Assembly (NCBI GenBank): GCA_046581755.1
Contig: JAYGFR010000305.1
Span: 1-25,689 of the forward strand
Direction of reading: 5' to 3'
DNA length: 25,689 nt
DNA from: Nitrospinota bacterium
GTDB taxonomy: Bacteria; UBA8248
Positions within the stretch are counted from its first letter, which is position 1. Every line of letters begins with the position of its first letter. Below are positions 9,196 through 17,273 of the stretch, piece after piece. A model generated the notes under the pieces. It was not told where the DNA came from. It worked only from the letters and a program-made list of their open reading frames with translations, and searched no databases. A program made the position numbers and the translations under genes.

Positions 9196-9224
9196 AAAAA
9201 AACGCGGCCCCCGAGGGGGCCGCG
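9196..9224 (-). terminator. Intrinsic terminator after the ferredoxin gene
   Basis: 9-bp stem cgcggcccc/ggggccgcg followed by U7 on the minus strand. Confidence 0.85.
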
Positions 9225-9248
9225 CGGTGGATCAAAGGGTTGGGAGAG

Positions 9249-9560
9249 CTAGCGAAGCTTGTTCTCCGGGCGGTTAGGCGGATCGTTGGCGGGCCGGGGC
9301 TCGACCGGATCGTTGTTCTTGAAGTCCGGGGCGAGCTCTTCGTTGATTTTGGCCCATTCGGGATCGTCGTCCTCGCTCTCGAGGATGGCGTCGATCGGGC
9401 ACTCCGGCAGGCATACGCCGCAGTCGATGCACTCCTCGGGGTCGATGACCAAAAAGACCTGGTCCTGGTATACGCCTGGATGCATGCAGTCCACCGGACA
9501 AACGGTTACACAGGTGGCGTAACGCTCTCCAAGGCACTTTTCAGCGATGATAAACGTCAT
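9249..9560 (-). CDS. fdxA: 7Fe-type ([3Fe-4S]+[4Fe-4S]) ferredoxin, Azotobacter FdI-like
   Basis: C-x7-C-x3-CPVDC and CIDCGVCLPECP. AAGGAGG RBS before ATG 9560; 103 aa; acidic tail. Confidence 0.9.
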   Translation of the reverse strand: MTFIIAEKCLGERYATCVTVCPVDCMHPGVYQDQVFLVIDPEECIDCGVCLPECPIDAILESEDDDPEWAKINEELAPDFKNNDPVEPRPANDPPNRPENKLR

Positions 9561-9690
9561 ATGACACAACCTCCTTCGATAGAATCGCTTATTCCCCGTA
9601 CCGAAGCCCGATGGCAAAATTTCGGCCAAGGAGGAATTACAAATGGACGCTAAATGTGACCAGAAAAGTCCGAACCTCAAAAACAGGGAG

Positions 9691-9720
9691 ATGCTAACAG
9701 ACCGTATCCGGCCAAATCAA
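9691..9720 (-). promoter_or_regulatory. Putative sigma70 promoter for the ferredoxin gene
   Basis: Minus strand TTGATT-N18-TAGCAT with an extended -10 TG. Confidence 0.4.
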
Positions 9721-9816
9721 GTAGATAAGCCGGAATAGGGGCGGCTTTTTTTGGCGGTTGCGCCAAGCATAACCTACTGAAAATATGAATCTTCGTCCGA
9801 ATCGGCACTGGCCACC

Positions 9817-10707
9817 TCAGCCTTCCAGCCCGGCCAGTTTCGCCGGATTGCGCCTGACCATCCACTCGATGTCTTCTTTGTCCACGCCGAGCTGGAGCAT
9901 GGTGGCGATGAACATGCGGAGCATCTCGGGGGGCGGCGGGTTGAAGTCCATTTGCCCGTCGGTCGTCATGATGCACCGCTCGGCGCCGAGGAGGCGGATG
10001 GCCGAGGCGATCCGCCCGGGCGCCAGGCTCTGCCATAGGGGAAACATTCCGAGCGCGCAATGCTCGATAGTGTAGCCAAGCTCCGCCACCTCGCGCATCT
10101 GCGCGTCGCTTGCCTGTACGGCCTTGTTCAGCGGATGGGTAAACACGAATTTTGTGAGGCCCATCTCCTTGGCCCGGCGCGCGAGGGCGACGCCCTCCCC
10201 GGCGGAAAAATGTCCCGTCGAGAAGATGACGTCTCCGTCGCGGGCGATCTCCATGATGGCCTCAATCGCGGGGAGGATTTTTCCGTCATCTCCGTGGACG
10301 CCCAGCCCCTCGCCCGGCGGCGGGTGTTCGATGGCAGCGGCGATGCGTGGGGCGTAGGCGCCCACCCGGATATCGTTCGCCGCCGAGAAGGTGGGCATCC
10401 AGATGCAGCGCGCACCCAGCTTGACGGCGCTCTCGGCCGTAAAGGGGCACAAGCCGCCCACGTTGTTGTTCAGCGTAATCGTTCCGATGGCCGCGATGCC
10501 CGGGAACATTTCGGAGAGAATTCGCGCCTGGCCCATCGTTGGCCAGAGGTGGCTCTTCATCGCGAACCCGCGCATCCCCGCGTCGCGGGCGGCCTTGGCC
10601 CACTCGTGATCGAGTACGCGGCCGGGTTCGTTCAAAAGGAGCTGGGGGTGAATGTGGGCGTGAAGGTCGATCGCGCCCTCGAGCAGTTCGTCGGCCCGCG
10701 TTCGCAC
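9817..10707 (-). CDS. Amidohydrolase-fold metalloprotein (DUF6282-like), paralogue 2
   Basis: IDLHAH, MKSH, WMPT, TGH, THP and TTD metal-site motifs; 296 aa; GTG start. Confidence 0.8.
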   Translation of the reverse strand: MRTRADELLEGAIDLHAHIHPQLLLNEPGRVLDHEWAKAARDAGMRGFAMKSHLWPTMGQARILSEMFPGIAAIGTITLNNNVGGLCPFTAESAVKLGARCIWMPTFSAANDIRVGAYAPRIAAAIEHPPPGEGLGVHGDDGKILPAIEAIMEIARDGDVIFSTGHFSAGEGVALARRAKEMGLTKFVFTHPLNKAVQASDAQMREVAELGYTIEHCALGMFPLWQSLAPGRIASAIRLLGAERCIMTTDGQMDFNPPPPEMLRMFIATMLQLGVDKEDIEWMVRRNPAKLAGLEG

Positions 10708-10710
10708 CCC

Positions 10711-11601
10711 CTAGTCTTCCAGCCCGGCCAGTTTCGCCGGATTGCGCTTGACCATCCACTCAATGTCTTCTTTGTCCACGCCGAGCTGGAGCATGGTGGC
10801 GATGAACATGCGGAGCATCTCGGGGGCGGTCGGGTTAAAATCGTTCTGGGCGTCGGTGGTCATGATGCAGCGGTTTGCGCCGACCGACCGGGCGGCGGCG
10901 GCGATTGCCTTGGGATCGAGGCCCTGCCACATGGGGAAGGCCGAGATCCAGGTGAACTCGATGATGTAGCCGAGATCGGCCACCTCCTTAAGCTGGGCCT
11001 CGCTCGCCTCGACGATATTGATGATGGGGTGGGTGAAGATGAACTTTTCGAGACCCACCTCCTTCGCCTTCCGGGCGAGGGCGACACTCTCCTCGGCCGA
11101 GATGTGTCCGGTGGCGACGGTGACGCCGGCGTCGCGCGCGAGCTCGAGGATGGAGACCACCTCGGGCAGGATTTCGCGGTTTGCGTCCCACACCTCTAGG
11201 CCGTTGCCGGGCGGGGTGTGGTCGAAATTCTGCTTCACGCGGCTGCTGTAGGACTGGACCTGAATGTCGTTTGTCGCCGAGAAGGTGGGCATCCAGATGA
11301 TCTTCACGCCCAGCTTGATGGCGCTCTCGGCCGTAAAGGGGCAAAAGCCTCCGACGTGGCCGTTCAGGACGATGGTGCCCAGCGCCACGAGGCCGGGGAA
11401 GGTCTCGCTCAGGATCCGCGCCTGGCCGATCGTGGGCCAGTAGTGGCTCTTCATCGCGAAGCCGCGCATCCCCGCGTCGCGGGCGGCGCACGCCCACTCG
11501 TGATCGAGCAGCCGGCCCGACTCGCCAAGCGAAGTCTGGGGATAGATATGGGCGTGAAGATCAATCGAGCCTTCGAGAAGATCGTCGGCAAGCGTGCGCA
11601 T
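10711..11601 (-). CDS. Amidohydrolase-fold metalloprotein (DUF6282-like), paralogue 1
   Basis: Same motifs. GGAGG before ATG 11601; also 296 aa and colinear with the neighbour. Confidence 0.8.
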   Translation of the reverse strand: MRTLADDLLEGSIDLHAHIYPQTSLGESGRLLDHEWACAARDAGMRGFAMKSHYWPTIGQARILSETFPGLVALGTIVLNGHVGGFCPFTAESAIKLGVKIIWMPTFSATNDIQVQSYSSRVKQNFDHTPPGNGLEVWDANREILPEVVSILELARDAGVTVATGHISAEESVALARKAKEVGLEKFIFTHPIINIVEASEAQLKEVADLGYIIEFTWISAFPMWQGLDPKAIAAAARSVGANRCIMTTDAQNDFNPTAPEMLRMFIATMLQLGVDKEDIEWMVKRNPAKLAGLED

Positions 11602-11748
11602 GGAAAAAGGCCTCCGGTGGGATGAACGGATCATTTCACGGTCAGATGCCGCAATCATGCGCGATGGCTGTAAAGGGGGCAAGGCGGGTGCGAGGAAAAA
11701 CCGGATGGGGGCTCAACATGCCCGCCGGTATCCTGCCGGGAGGGGCGG

Positions 11749-11931
11749 CTAGGAGGCGATGCGGAGGAGGGGGCGGCCCGATCTGCTGCGTTCGGGCGGC
11801 GCGTCTTTTTGGATGAACCGGACGACCCTGCACGAGAGGCAGCGCAATATCCGGAACTCGCCCGAGTAACCCCAAAATTCCAGGGGCCCGGTGCAGGGGC
11901 GGCAGGGCTCTGTTTTACCTTCGCCGTCCAT
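11749..11931 (-). CDS. Small zinc-ribbon-like protein (60 aa)
   Basis: AGGAG 9 nt before ATG 11931; CRPC-x17-CLSC. Confidence 0.6.
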   Translation of the reverse strand: MDGEGKTEPCRPCTGPLEFWGYSGEFRILRCLSCRVVRFIQKDAPPERSRSGRPLLRIAS

Positions 11932-12202
11932 GGATTTTTTCTCCTGGAGGGGCCATCCCCGGGGCATCCCCGGGTTGGGCCGGCTCGATAGGGGCGCTCG
12001 GATCCTTCTATATGCCTTACCCTATGTGCCTTATCGGCGGGCGGCCGGGCGGCTTAACCGCCCCGGGCGGAAAAGATCTCTAGAATATTTCTTGAATTTG
12101 GGGGAGGAGGCCCGCTCCAAAACCCGCCCCGGCGGTGCTATCCTTGGGCCACGTTGCGGGGGCCGGCCCTTTCCGGATTCCATTTCACAGCGGGAGAAAT
12201 GC

Positions 12203-13330
12203 ATGCCCCAAAACCGGTTGATCGGAACCCCCGTGCGCGGGCTCGACACGCCCGCCCTGCTCATCGACCTCGACGCGATGGAGCGTAATCTCCAGAAAAT
12301 GGCCGATCGGCTCGCCGGGGGCGGGCTCAGGCTCCGGGCCCACTCGAAGACCCACAAGAGCCCCATCCTCGCCCGCAAGCAGATGGAGCTCGGCGCGGTG
12401 GGCGTTTGCTGCCAGAAGGTGAGCGAGGCCGAAGTCATGGTGGCGGGCGGGGTTCAGGACATCCTCGTATCGAGCGAGGTGGTCTCGCCGCCCAAGCTGC
12501 GCCGCCTGATGGCCCTGGCGCGCCACGCGCGGCTCATGGTGGTCGTGGACGATCCGCGCGGGGCCGAGCTTCTCTCCGAGGCCGCCTGCGAGGCCGGCTC
12601 CGGGATCGGGGTCCTCGTCGATGTGGACGTGGGCCAGGGCCGTTGCGGGGTGCCCCCCGGCGCGCCGGCCGCCGAGGTGGGCAAATTCGTGGACTCCCTT
12701 CCCGGGCTCGACCTTCGCGGCTTCCAGGCCTACGAAGGCAAGGCCCAGCATATCGACGGCTTCGAAGCCCGGCGCAAAATGTACGAAGAAGCCACCGCCC
12801 GGATTCGGGAGACGGCCGAGGGGTTTGCCAGCGCGGGCCTCTCCACCCGGGTCCGCAGCGGCGGGGGGACGGGCACCTGGCGCTGGGATCTCGAGGCGGG
12901 CGTCCTGTCCGAGCTCCAGTCGGGAAGCTATCTGTTCATGGACGCCCACTACTGCTCGGTCGGCGGCCCGGAGGGGCCGGTGTATGACGATTTCGAGCCG
13001 AGCCTGTTCGTCCTGACCACGGTGGTGAGCACCCCCTCGAGCGATCGCGTCGTCGTGGACGGGGGCCACAAATCGCTTTCCTCGGACAGCGGATGGCCCG
13101 TATGCAAGGATATCGAGGTCGTCTACTCCGCCGGAGGGGACGAGCATGGCATCCTCACCATACCGGCCGGATACCCGAGGCCGGATCTGGGCGATACGCT
13201 GCTCTTCCAGCCGAGCCACTGCGACACCACGATCAACCTCCACGACCGCTACTGGGGCATCCGAGGGGGCATGAGCGGGGGGGTTCTCGAAACCGTCTGC
13301 CCCGTCGCCGCGCGGGGGATGGTGCAGTAG
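12203..13330 (+). CDS. Fold-type III PLP enzyme, DSD1 / D-threonine aldolase family
   Basis: LDTPALLID, RAHSKTHK (PLP lysine), GQGRCGV, QAYEG, SGGGTG, ELQSGSYLFMD, DEHG, PSHCDTT (metal H/C). GGGAG RBS before ATG 12203. Confidence 0.92.
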   Translation: MPQNRLIGTPVRGLDTPALLIDLDAMERNLQKMADRLAGGGLRLRAHSKTHKSPILARKQMELGAVGVCCQKVSEAEVMVAGGVQDILVSSEVVSPPKLRRLMALARHARLMVVVDDPRGAELLSEAACEAGSGIGVLVDVDVGQGRCGVPPGAPAAEVGKFVDSLPGLDLRGFQAYEGKAQHIDGFEARRKMYEEATARIRETAEGFASAGLSTRVRSGGGTGTWRWDLEAGVLSELQSGSYLFMDAHYCSVGGPEGPVYDDFEPSLFVLTTVVSTPSSDRVVVDGGHKSLSSDSGWPVCKDIEVVYSAGGDEHGILTIPAGYPRPDLGDTLLFQPSHCDTTINLHDRYWGIRGGMSGGVLETVCPVAARGMVQ

Positions 13331-13418
13331 GGGCCGGGGAGAGGGCGATGGAGCAGGGGTCCGATATATTTTCGCTGGTTTGAGCCCGCCAAACGCCCGA
13401 TGGTTCCCGGGGCCGGAT

Positions 13419-13446
13419 TTGATATCATTGTCCGGCTATATAGAAT
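13419..13446 (+). promoter_or_regulatory. Putative sigma70 promoter
   Basis: TTGATA-N16-TAGAAT, about 60 nt upstream of the protease gene. Confidence 0.5.
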
Positions 13447-13506
13447 ATCGACGAATCTGATCTGGGGCATGCCGCCGCGGAAATGAGAAAAAATAAAGGA
13501 GTCGCC

Positions 13507-15192
13507 GTGGGCTATCGCCGGCCGGTTCGGATCGTCCTTTCCTCCATCCTTTGTGTCCTGGCATGGGACGCTCCTTCGCATGCCGCCTCGATTCTGGATT
13601 TGATCCGGCCCACCGCCGAATTCTTCCGGCCCACCGGCAAGAAGATGGACCCCGTGGTGGTCCCCGAACGGCCCGGAAGCGCGGAGGAGGCGGAGGCCCC
13701 CAAGCTCAACCTCTTGTTCACCGGCGTCATGGGAGAGGGATGCGGCAGGATCGATGAAGTGCTCAACCAGGTAATCCGCGAGGACAAGAAGCACCTGACG
13801 GCCTTCCGTCTTCTCTCCGAGGCCAAGCTGAGCGAGGCCACCGACGATCGGGATTACTCCCTCGCGGACTACGCCGCCGCCCACTACCGCCTCGCCCGCG
13901 AGGCCGGCCGGAAGGCGGGCGCCGATTTCGTATACATCGTCCACCGGGGTAGGTCGTCCGGCGCCATTTGCACCTACACCCACTATCTCGTGAGCGTGAA
14001 CGATCCCCAGGACGTGTTCGAGGTGGAGGTGGATTCGGTTAGCGCCAAGGATTACATGGAGGACACGGACGAGGCCCGCGAGGCGCTGTTTGGAAATAAG
14101 GCCTTGGCATCCATCCGCCGGGCGCTGGACCGCAAGGCGAAAAAGGTCCCGGACAAGGAGCTGGCGGAAAAAGGGGCCGGGCCCGGCCGGGTGACCGCCC
14201 AGAGCCGCCAGGATCCAATCGAGCGCCCGGCCGCCGAGAAAGGGGGGAAGGCGGGAGAGTCCCCCCACCGGGCCACCTTCCGTGAGATACAGAACGAGCG
14301 CGAGCGCCTGGCCGCCGAGCGCCTCCGCTTCGCCGAGGAGGATTTCCTTCGCGAGGAGGCCGAGCGAAAGCGCAAAAAAGAGCGCACCCGGCTGGCCGAT
14401 CGGATCCGGAAGATGGAGGAGCAGCGCCAAGAGGAGAAGGCACGCCGCAAGGCCGAGGGAAAGCGCAAGCAGGAGGCCTCGGCCCAGCTCTCGCTCCGGA
14501 AGGAATTGGCCGCTCTCAAAAAGAAGCTCGAAGCGATCGAGCGCCGGGGGGTGGCCCCGCTGCCCTGGAGGTCCTCGGGCTCGGGGTTTTATTTGCGGGG
14601 CTCGCGCCACATCATGACGAGCCTTCACGTCGTGAGCGGGGCGAAGGCGATCCAGGCCACCTTTCCCAACGGGGAGCGCTACCGGGGACGGGTGGTCGCA
14701 AGGGATAAGAACAACGACCTGGCCGTGGTCCGGCTCGAGGGGATGAAACCCAAGAAGAAGGGCTTCCAGGTCCGGTTCGGGGTGCGGGTGCGCGTCGGCG
14801 AGCGGGTGCATGCCCTGGGCTATCCCCTGGGCTCGGAGGTGAGCCGGAATCCCAGCATGGTCTCGGGCGAGGTGAGCGCCACGACGGGGATGGGGGACAG
14901 CATCTCCCAGTTCCGCATGACGGCGCCGATCAACTCGGGGAACAGCGGCGGTCCCATCCTCAACGCCAAGGGCGAGCTCATCGGCGTCTCGGCCTCGGGC
15001 CTCATCAAGCGCGGGGTGGAGGGGGTGCGCTTCGGCGTCAAGGCATCCGCCGCCGCCCTGGTAATCGATCAGGTTTCCGTGGTCGGGAATTTCGATGTCG
15101 TGGTGAAGGCCAAAAAAAGGGATCGCCCGCCCACCCCGCCGGAGATTTTCGAGGAATTCTCCCCCTACGTCGTCATGGTCGAGGTGCGCTAG
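13507..15192 (+). CDS. Secreted trypsin-like (S1C/Trypsin_2) serine protease with an N-terminal alpha/beta domain and coiled coil, no PDZ
   Basis: AAGGAG before GTG 13507 (track start 13483). Signal peptide ending SHA; GSGF, TSLHVV (His), NNDLA (Asp), GNSGGP (Ser); E/K/R-rich helix. Confidence 0.9.
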   Translation: MGYRRPVRIVLSSILCVLAWDAPSHAASILDLIRPTAEFFRPTGKKMDPVVVPERPGSAEEAEAPKLNLLFTGVMGEGCGRIDEVLNQVIREDKKHLTAFRLLSEAKLSEATDDRDYSLADYAAAHYRLAREAGRKAGADFVYIVHRGRSSGAICTYTHYLVSVNDPQDVFEVEVDSVSAKDYMEDTDEAREALFGNKALASIRRALDRKAKKVPDKELAEKGAGPGRVTAQSRQDPIERPAAEKGGKAGESPHRATFREIQNERERLAAERLRFAEEDFLREEAERKRKKERTRLADRIRKMEEQRQEEKARRKAEGKRKQEASAQLSLRKELAALKKKLEAIERRGVAPLPWRSSGSGFYLRGSRHIMTSLHVVSGAKAIQATFPNGERYRGRVVARDKNNDLAVVRLEGMKPKKKGFQVRFGVRVRVGERVHALGYPLGSEVSRNPSMVSGEVSATTGMGDSISQFRMTAPINSGNSGGPILNAKGELIGVSASGLIKRGVEGVRFGVKASAAALVIDQVSVVGNFDVVVKAKKRDRPPTPPEIFEEFSPYVVMVEVR

Positions 15193-15317
15193 CTGTGGAT
15201 TCTTCGCCGGTCGCCGATTTTATGCGAACCCGTCACCGGGCGATTTTGTAAATCATCGTATGCCGCCGGGGGAGAGGGGAGGATGACGCCCATCGCTGAG
15301 GCCGAGAGGCCCGCGAG

Positions 15318-15719
15318 ATGCGTAGCGTGAGCGCGCCGGCCGGCTTGGACGCCATGAAGGGCCGCCTGCGGCTGTTTCTCACCACCTATGGGGAGGGGGG
15401 GCGCTCGGGGACGGTGCCCGTCTTCTTCCTCGTTCATGAAGGCAAGGTCTACTTCACCACCCGCAAGACCACCCGCAAGGCCCGGCGCATAAAGAAAAAC
15501 CCCCGCGTCACCGTCCGCTTCGGCGGCCCTTCCGCGCAGCCCTTCGAGGGCCGGGCCTTCTGGCTGGAGGACCCAGCCCTCTATGATTTTATCCTCTCCC
15601 GCTACCGGCGGAAATACTGGTTCCTCTCCCCGTTTTTCGTCCGGGCCCTGTGCTGCCGCAAGGAGAGCGGCGAGAGCACAGCGATGAAAATTGTGTTCGG
15701 GGAGGACGCTAAATCTTAA
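15318..15719 (+). CDS. Pyridoxamine 5'-phosphate oxidase-like split-barrel protein
   Basis: LFLTT...TVPVFF...VYFTT...RKARRIKKNPRVTV...FEGRA...YRRKY. Start uncertain (15318, 15327 or 15354). Confidence 0.75.
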   Translation: MRSVSAPAGLDAMKGRLRLFLTTYGEGGRSGTVPVFFLVHEGKVYFTTRKTTRKARRIKKNPRVTVRFGGPSAQPFEGRAFWLEDPALYDFILSRYRRKYWFLSPFFVRALCCRKESGESTAMKIVFGEDAKS

Positions 15720-15729
15720 CCGACATTCT

Positions 15730-15960
15730 CCTTATGGTCCCTTGAATGAAAAATTCTCGCACAAAAAGACCACGAGACGGTGATAGATGGCTTTCCCACG
15801 CGGCCATCTGAGAGCTTCTGCCCTGCCATCCGGCTCAGCCCAAGCGTCTCATCCAGCTCCCGGAAGGCAAACATTCCTGCATCCGAAGGAATGGTTGGAC
15901 CCCGGAACCCCAGGGTCAGTCGGCCATTTTGCCGCTCAAGTGGCTCAAACAATTTGCGAC
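15730..15960 (-). mobile_element. Decayed IS1380-family transposase N-terminal fragment
   Basis: RLTLGFRGPTIPSDAGMFAFRELDETLGLSRMAGQKLSDGRVGK resembles the IS1380 N-terminus (L-x-F-x-G-x3-SDAG-x3-RELD-x2-LGL). It continues after a frameshift as HRLVVFLCE. Lower GC; no termini recognised. Confidence 0.7.
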
Positions 15961-15962
15961 AG

Positions 15963-16400
15963 TCATGGTGACTCCTCCTCCGGAAATCCGGGTCCTTCTG
16001 TGGCGAACTCGATGAGGAGATCTTCGGGTCCCCGAAAATAGAGAGATTTGAAATAGATTCTGTCGATGATTTCCGAGTGGCCGATTCCCATTCCATCGAG
16101 GTGCTTTATTTGGGCCCGAAGCGCATCTTCATCCTGGACCCAAAACGCCACATGGTGCATTCCACCTGGGCCGAGAATGTTTTCAGGAAGGTCTAATATC
16201 TCAAAGAAGGTGACCAAAGTACCGGGCTGGCCTTCGCCGTCCCCGAAGAAATAGTGTTTTTGTTCGGGCCTGTCGAAGTTGTGGTCGATTTTAACTAGCA
16301 AAATTCCGAGGACTTCGTTGAAAAAGCGCACCATCTCGTCCATGTCCCGGGTGACAAGGGTGAGATGGTGAAGGCCTTTAACGCGGGCGGGGCGGGTCAT
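15963..16400 (-). CDS. VOC-family ring-cleaving dioxygenase-like protein (single-domain MhqO-like)
   Basis: GLHHLT, NFD-x-P-x3-HYFFGD-x2-GQPGTLVTFFE, HHVAF, DRIYFKSLYFR-x-P, EFATEGPGF. Confidence 0.85.
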   Translation of the reverse strand: MTRPARVKGLHHLTLVTRDMDEMVRFFNEVLGILLVKIDHNFDRPEQKHYFFGDGEGQPGTLVTFFEILDLPENILGPGGMHHVAFWVQDEDALRAQIKHLDGMGIGHSEIIDRIYFKSLYFRGPEDLLIEFATEGPGFPEEESP

Positions 16401-16457
16401 GGTACCCGTTTCCTTTCCAATTTCCCTCCACCGGCGTAGGCCGAATTCGAGGGGGGT

Positions 16458-16937
16458 TCAGGGCAGGCCCGAGTCCAACTTGCCCCGGGCAAGGTCGTAG
16501 GATACCGACAGAATGTGGAGGATGATCTCTAGCTCCTCCTCGTCCCGGGGGCCGAAAACCATGACTGATGTTTGGGGGAGCGCCCCGGTGCGCACGAGAG
16601 GGTGCATCTCCCCCCATCCTTTTTTAAGGAGGTCACGGACCGCCTCGAGGGGAAGCATGGCGTGCATGCTGCCGTCGTAGGGCGGGTGCACGTGGGCGAA
16701 CTCATTTCCCCGCATGAAGGCCTCCTTGCAGCCGCACACCTGATCGTCGTGCAGCCAGAGCGCCTCCGCGCCGGGCACCGAGATGATGCTGGGGCGGCGG
16801 TCCACGTGCGGAAAATCGAAGGCCCGCTCCTTCAGGCGGGCGTACACAGCCTCCGGCGGATTCTGGTCCAGTTGCTGGTGAGGCGCGCCCGGTGAGGTCT
16901 TGGGCTTTGCGCCCGATCGAAGCGGCAACTCCTCCAT
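16458..16937 (-). CDS. Luciferase-domain protein (bacterial homologue of the fungal luciferase/DUF5519-like family)
   Basis: LP-x-RSG-x2-P, PHQQLDQ, EFAHVHP-x2-DGSMH, GWGEMHPL, VFGPRDEEELE. GGAG RBS before ATG 16937. Confidence 0.75.
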   Translation of the reverse strand: MEELPLRSGAKPKTSPGAPHQQLDQNPPEAVYARLKERAFDFPHVDRRPSIISVPGAEALWLHDDQVCGCKEAFMRGNEFAHVHPPYDGSMHAMLPLEAVRDLLKKGWGEMHPLVRTGALPQTSVMVFGPRDEEELEIILHILSVSYDLARGKLDSGLP

Positions 16938-17273
16938 CGCGGTCTCCCCCCTCGGCGGCCTATCCTTCTCCGGCGGGACCGGCGGCGCCCATGCTAGCCA
17001 GAGAAGAATCCTGAATGATGCGGCAACCGAGGCCCCTCCCCTGATTCCGCATCGAGCGCTCACAATTCCGGCTGTGTTTTCCGTATTGATCTCCCCAAGT
17101 CTAGCAGGATACGCGATGTGAGGCACCGCCCTCTCCCGGAACTTCACGCAGCCGGGGTAATGTGAGGGGAAACACCCCGTTCCGCGAATTTTTCCTGTCC
17201 CCTGCCATCGGATTTCCCATTTTTCCGGCCCATCGGGTATAATGATCCGTTCCATTTGAGAGGGGTAAATCAG

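Noticed and set aside
15283..15330. 15-codon ORF with a strong RBS whose TGA overlaps a GTG of the PPOX gene
   Set aside because: Cannot be distinguished from chance or a further frameshift, and shows no leader-peptide features.
16940..17270. Possible riboswitch or ncRNA in the divergent intergenic region
   Set aside because: Only a short atgtgagg repeat and weak hairpins; no recognisable family consensus.
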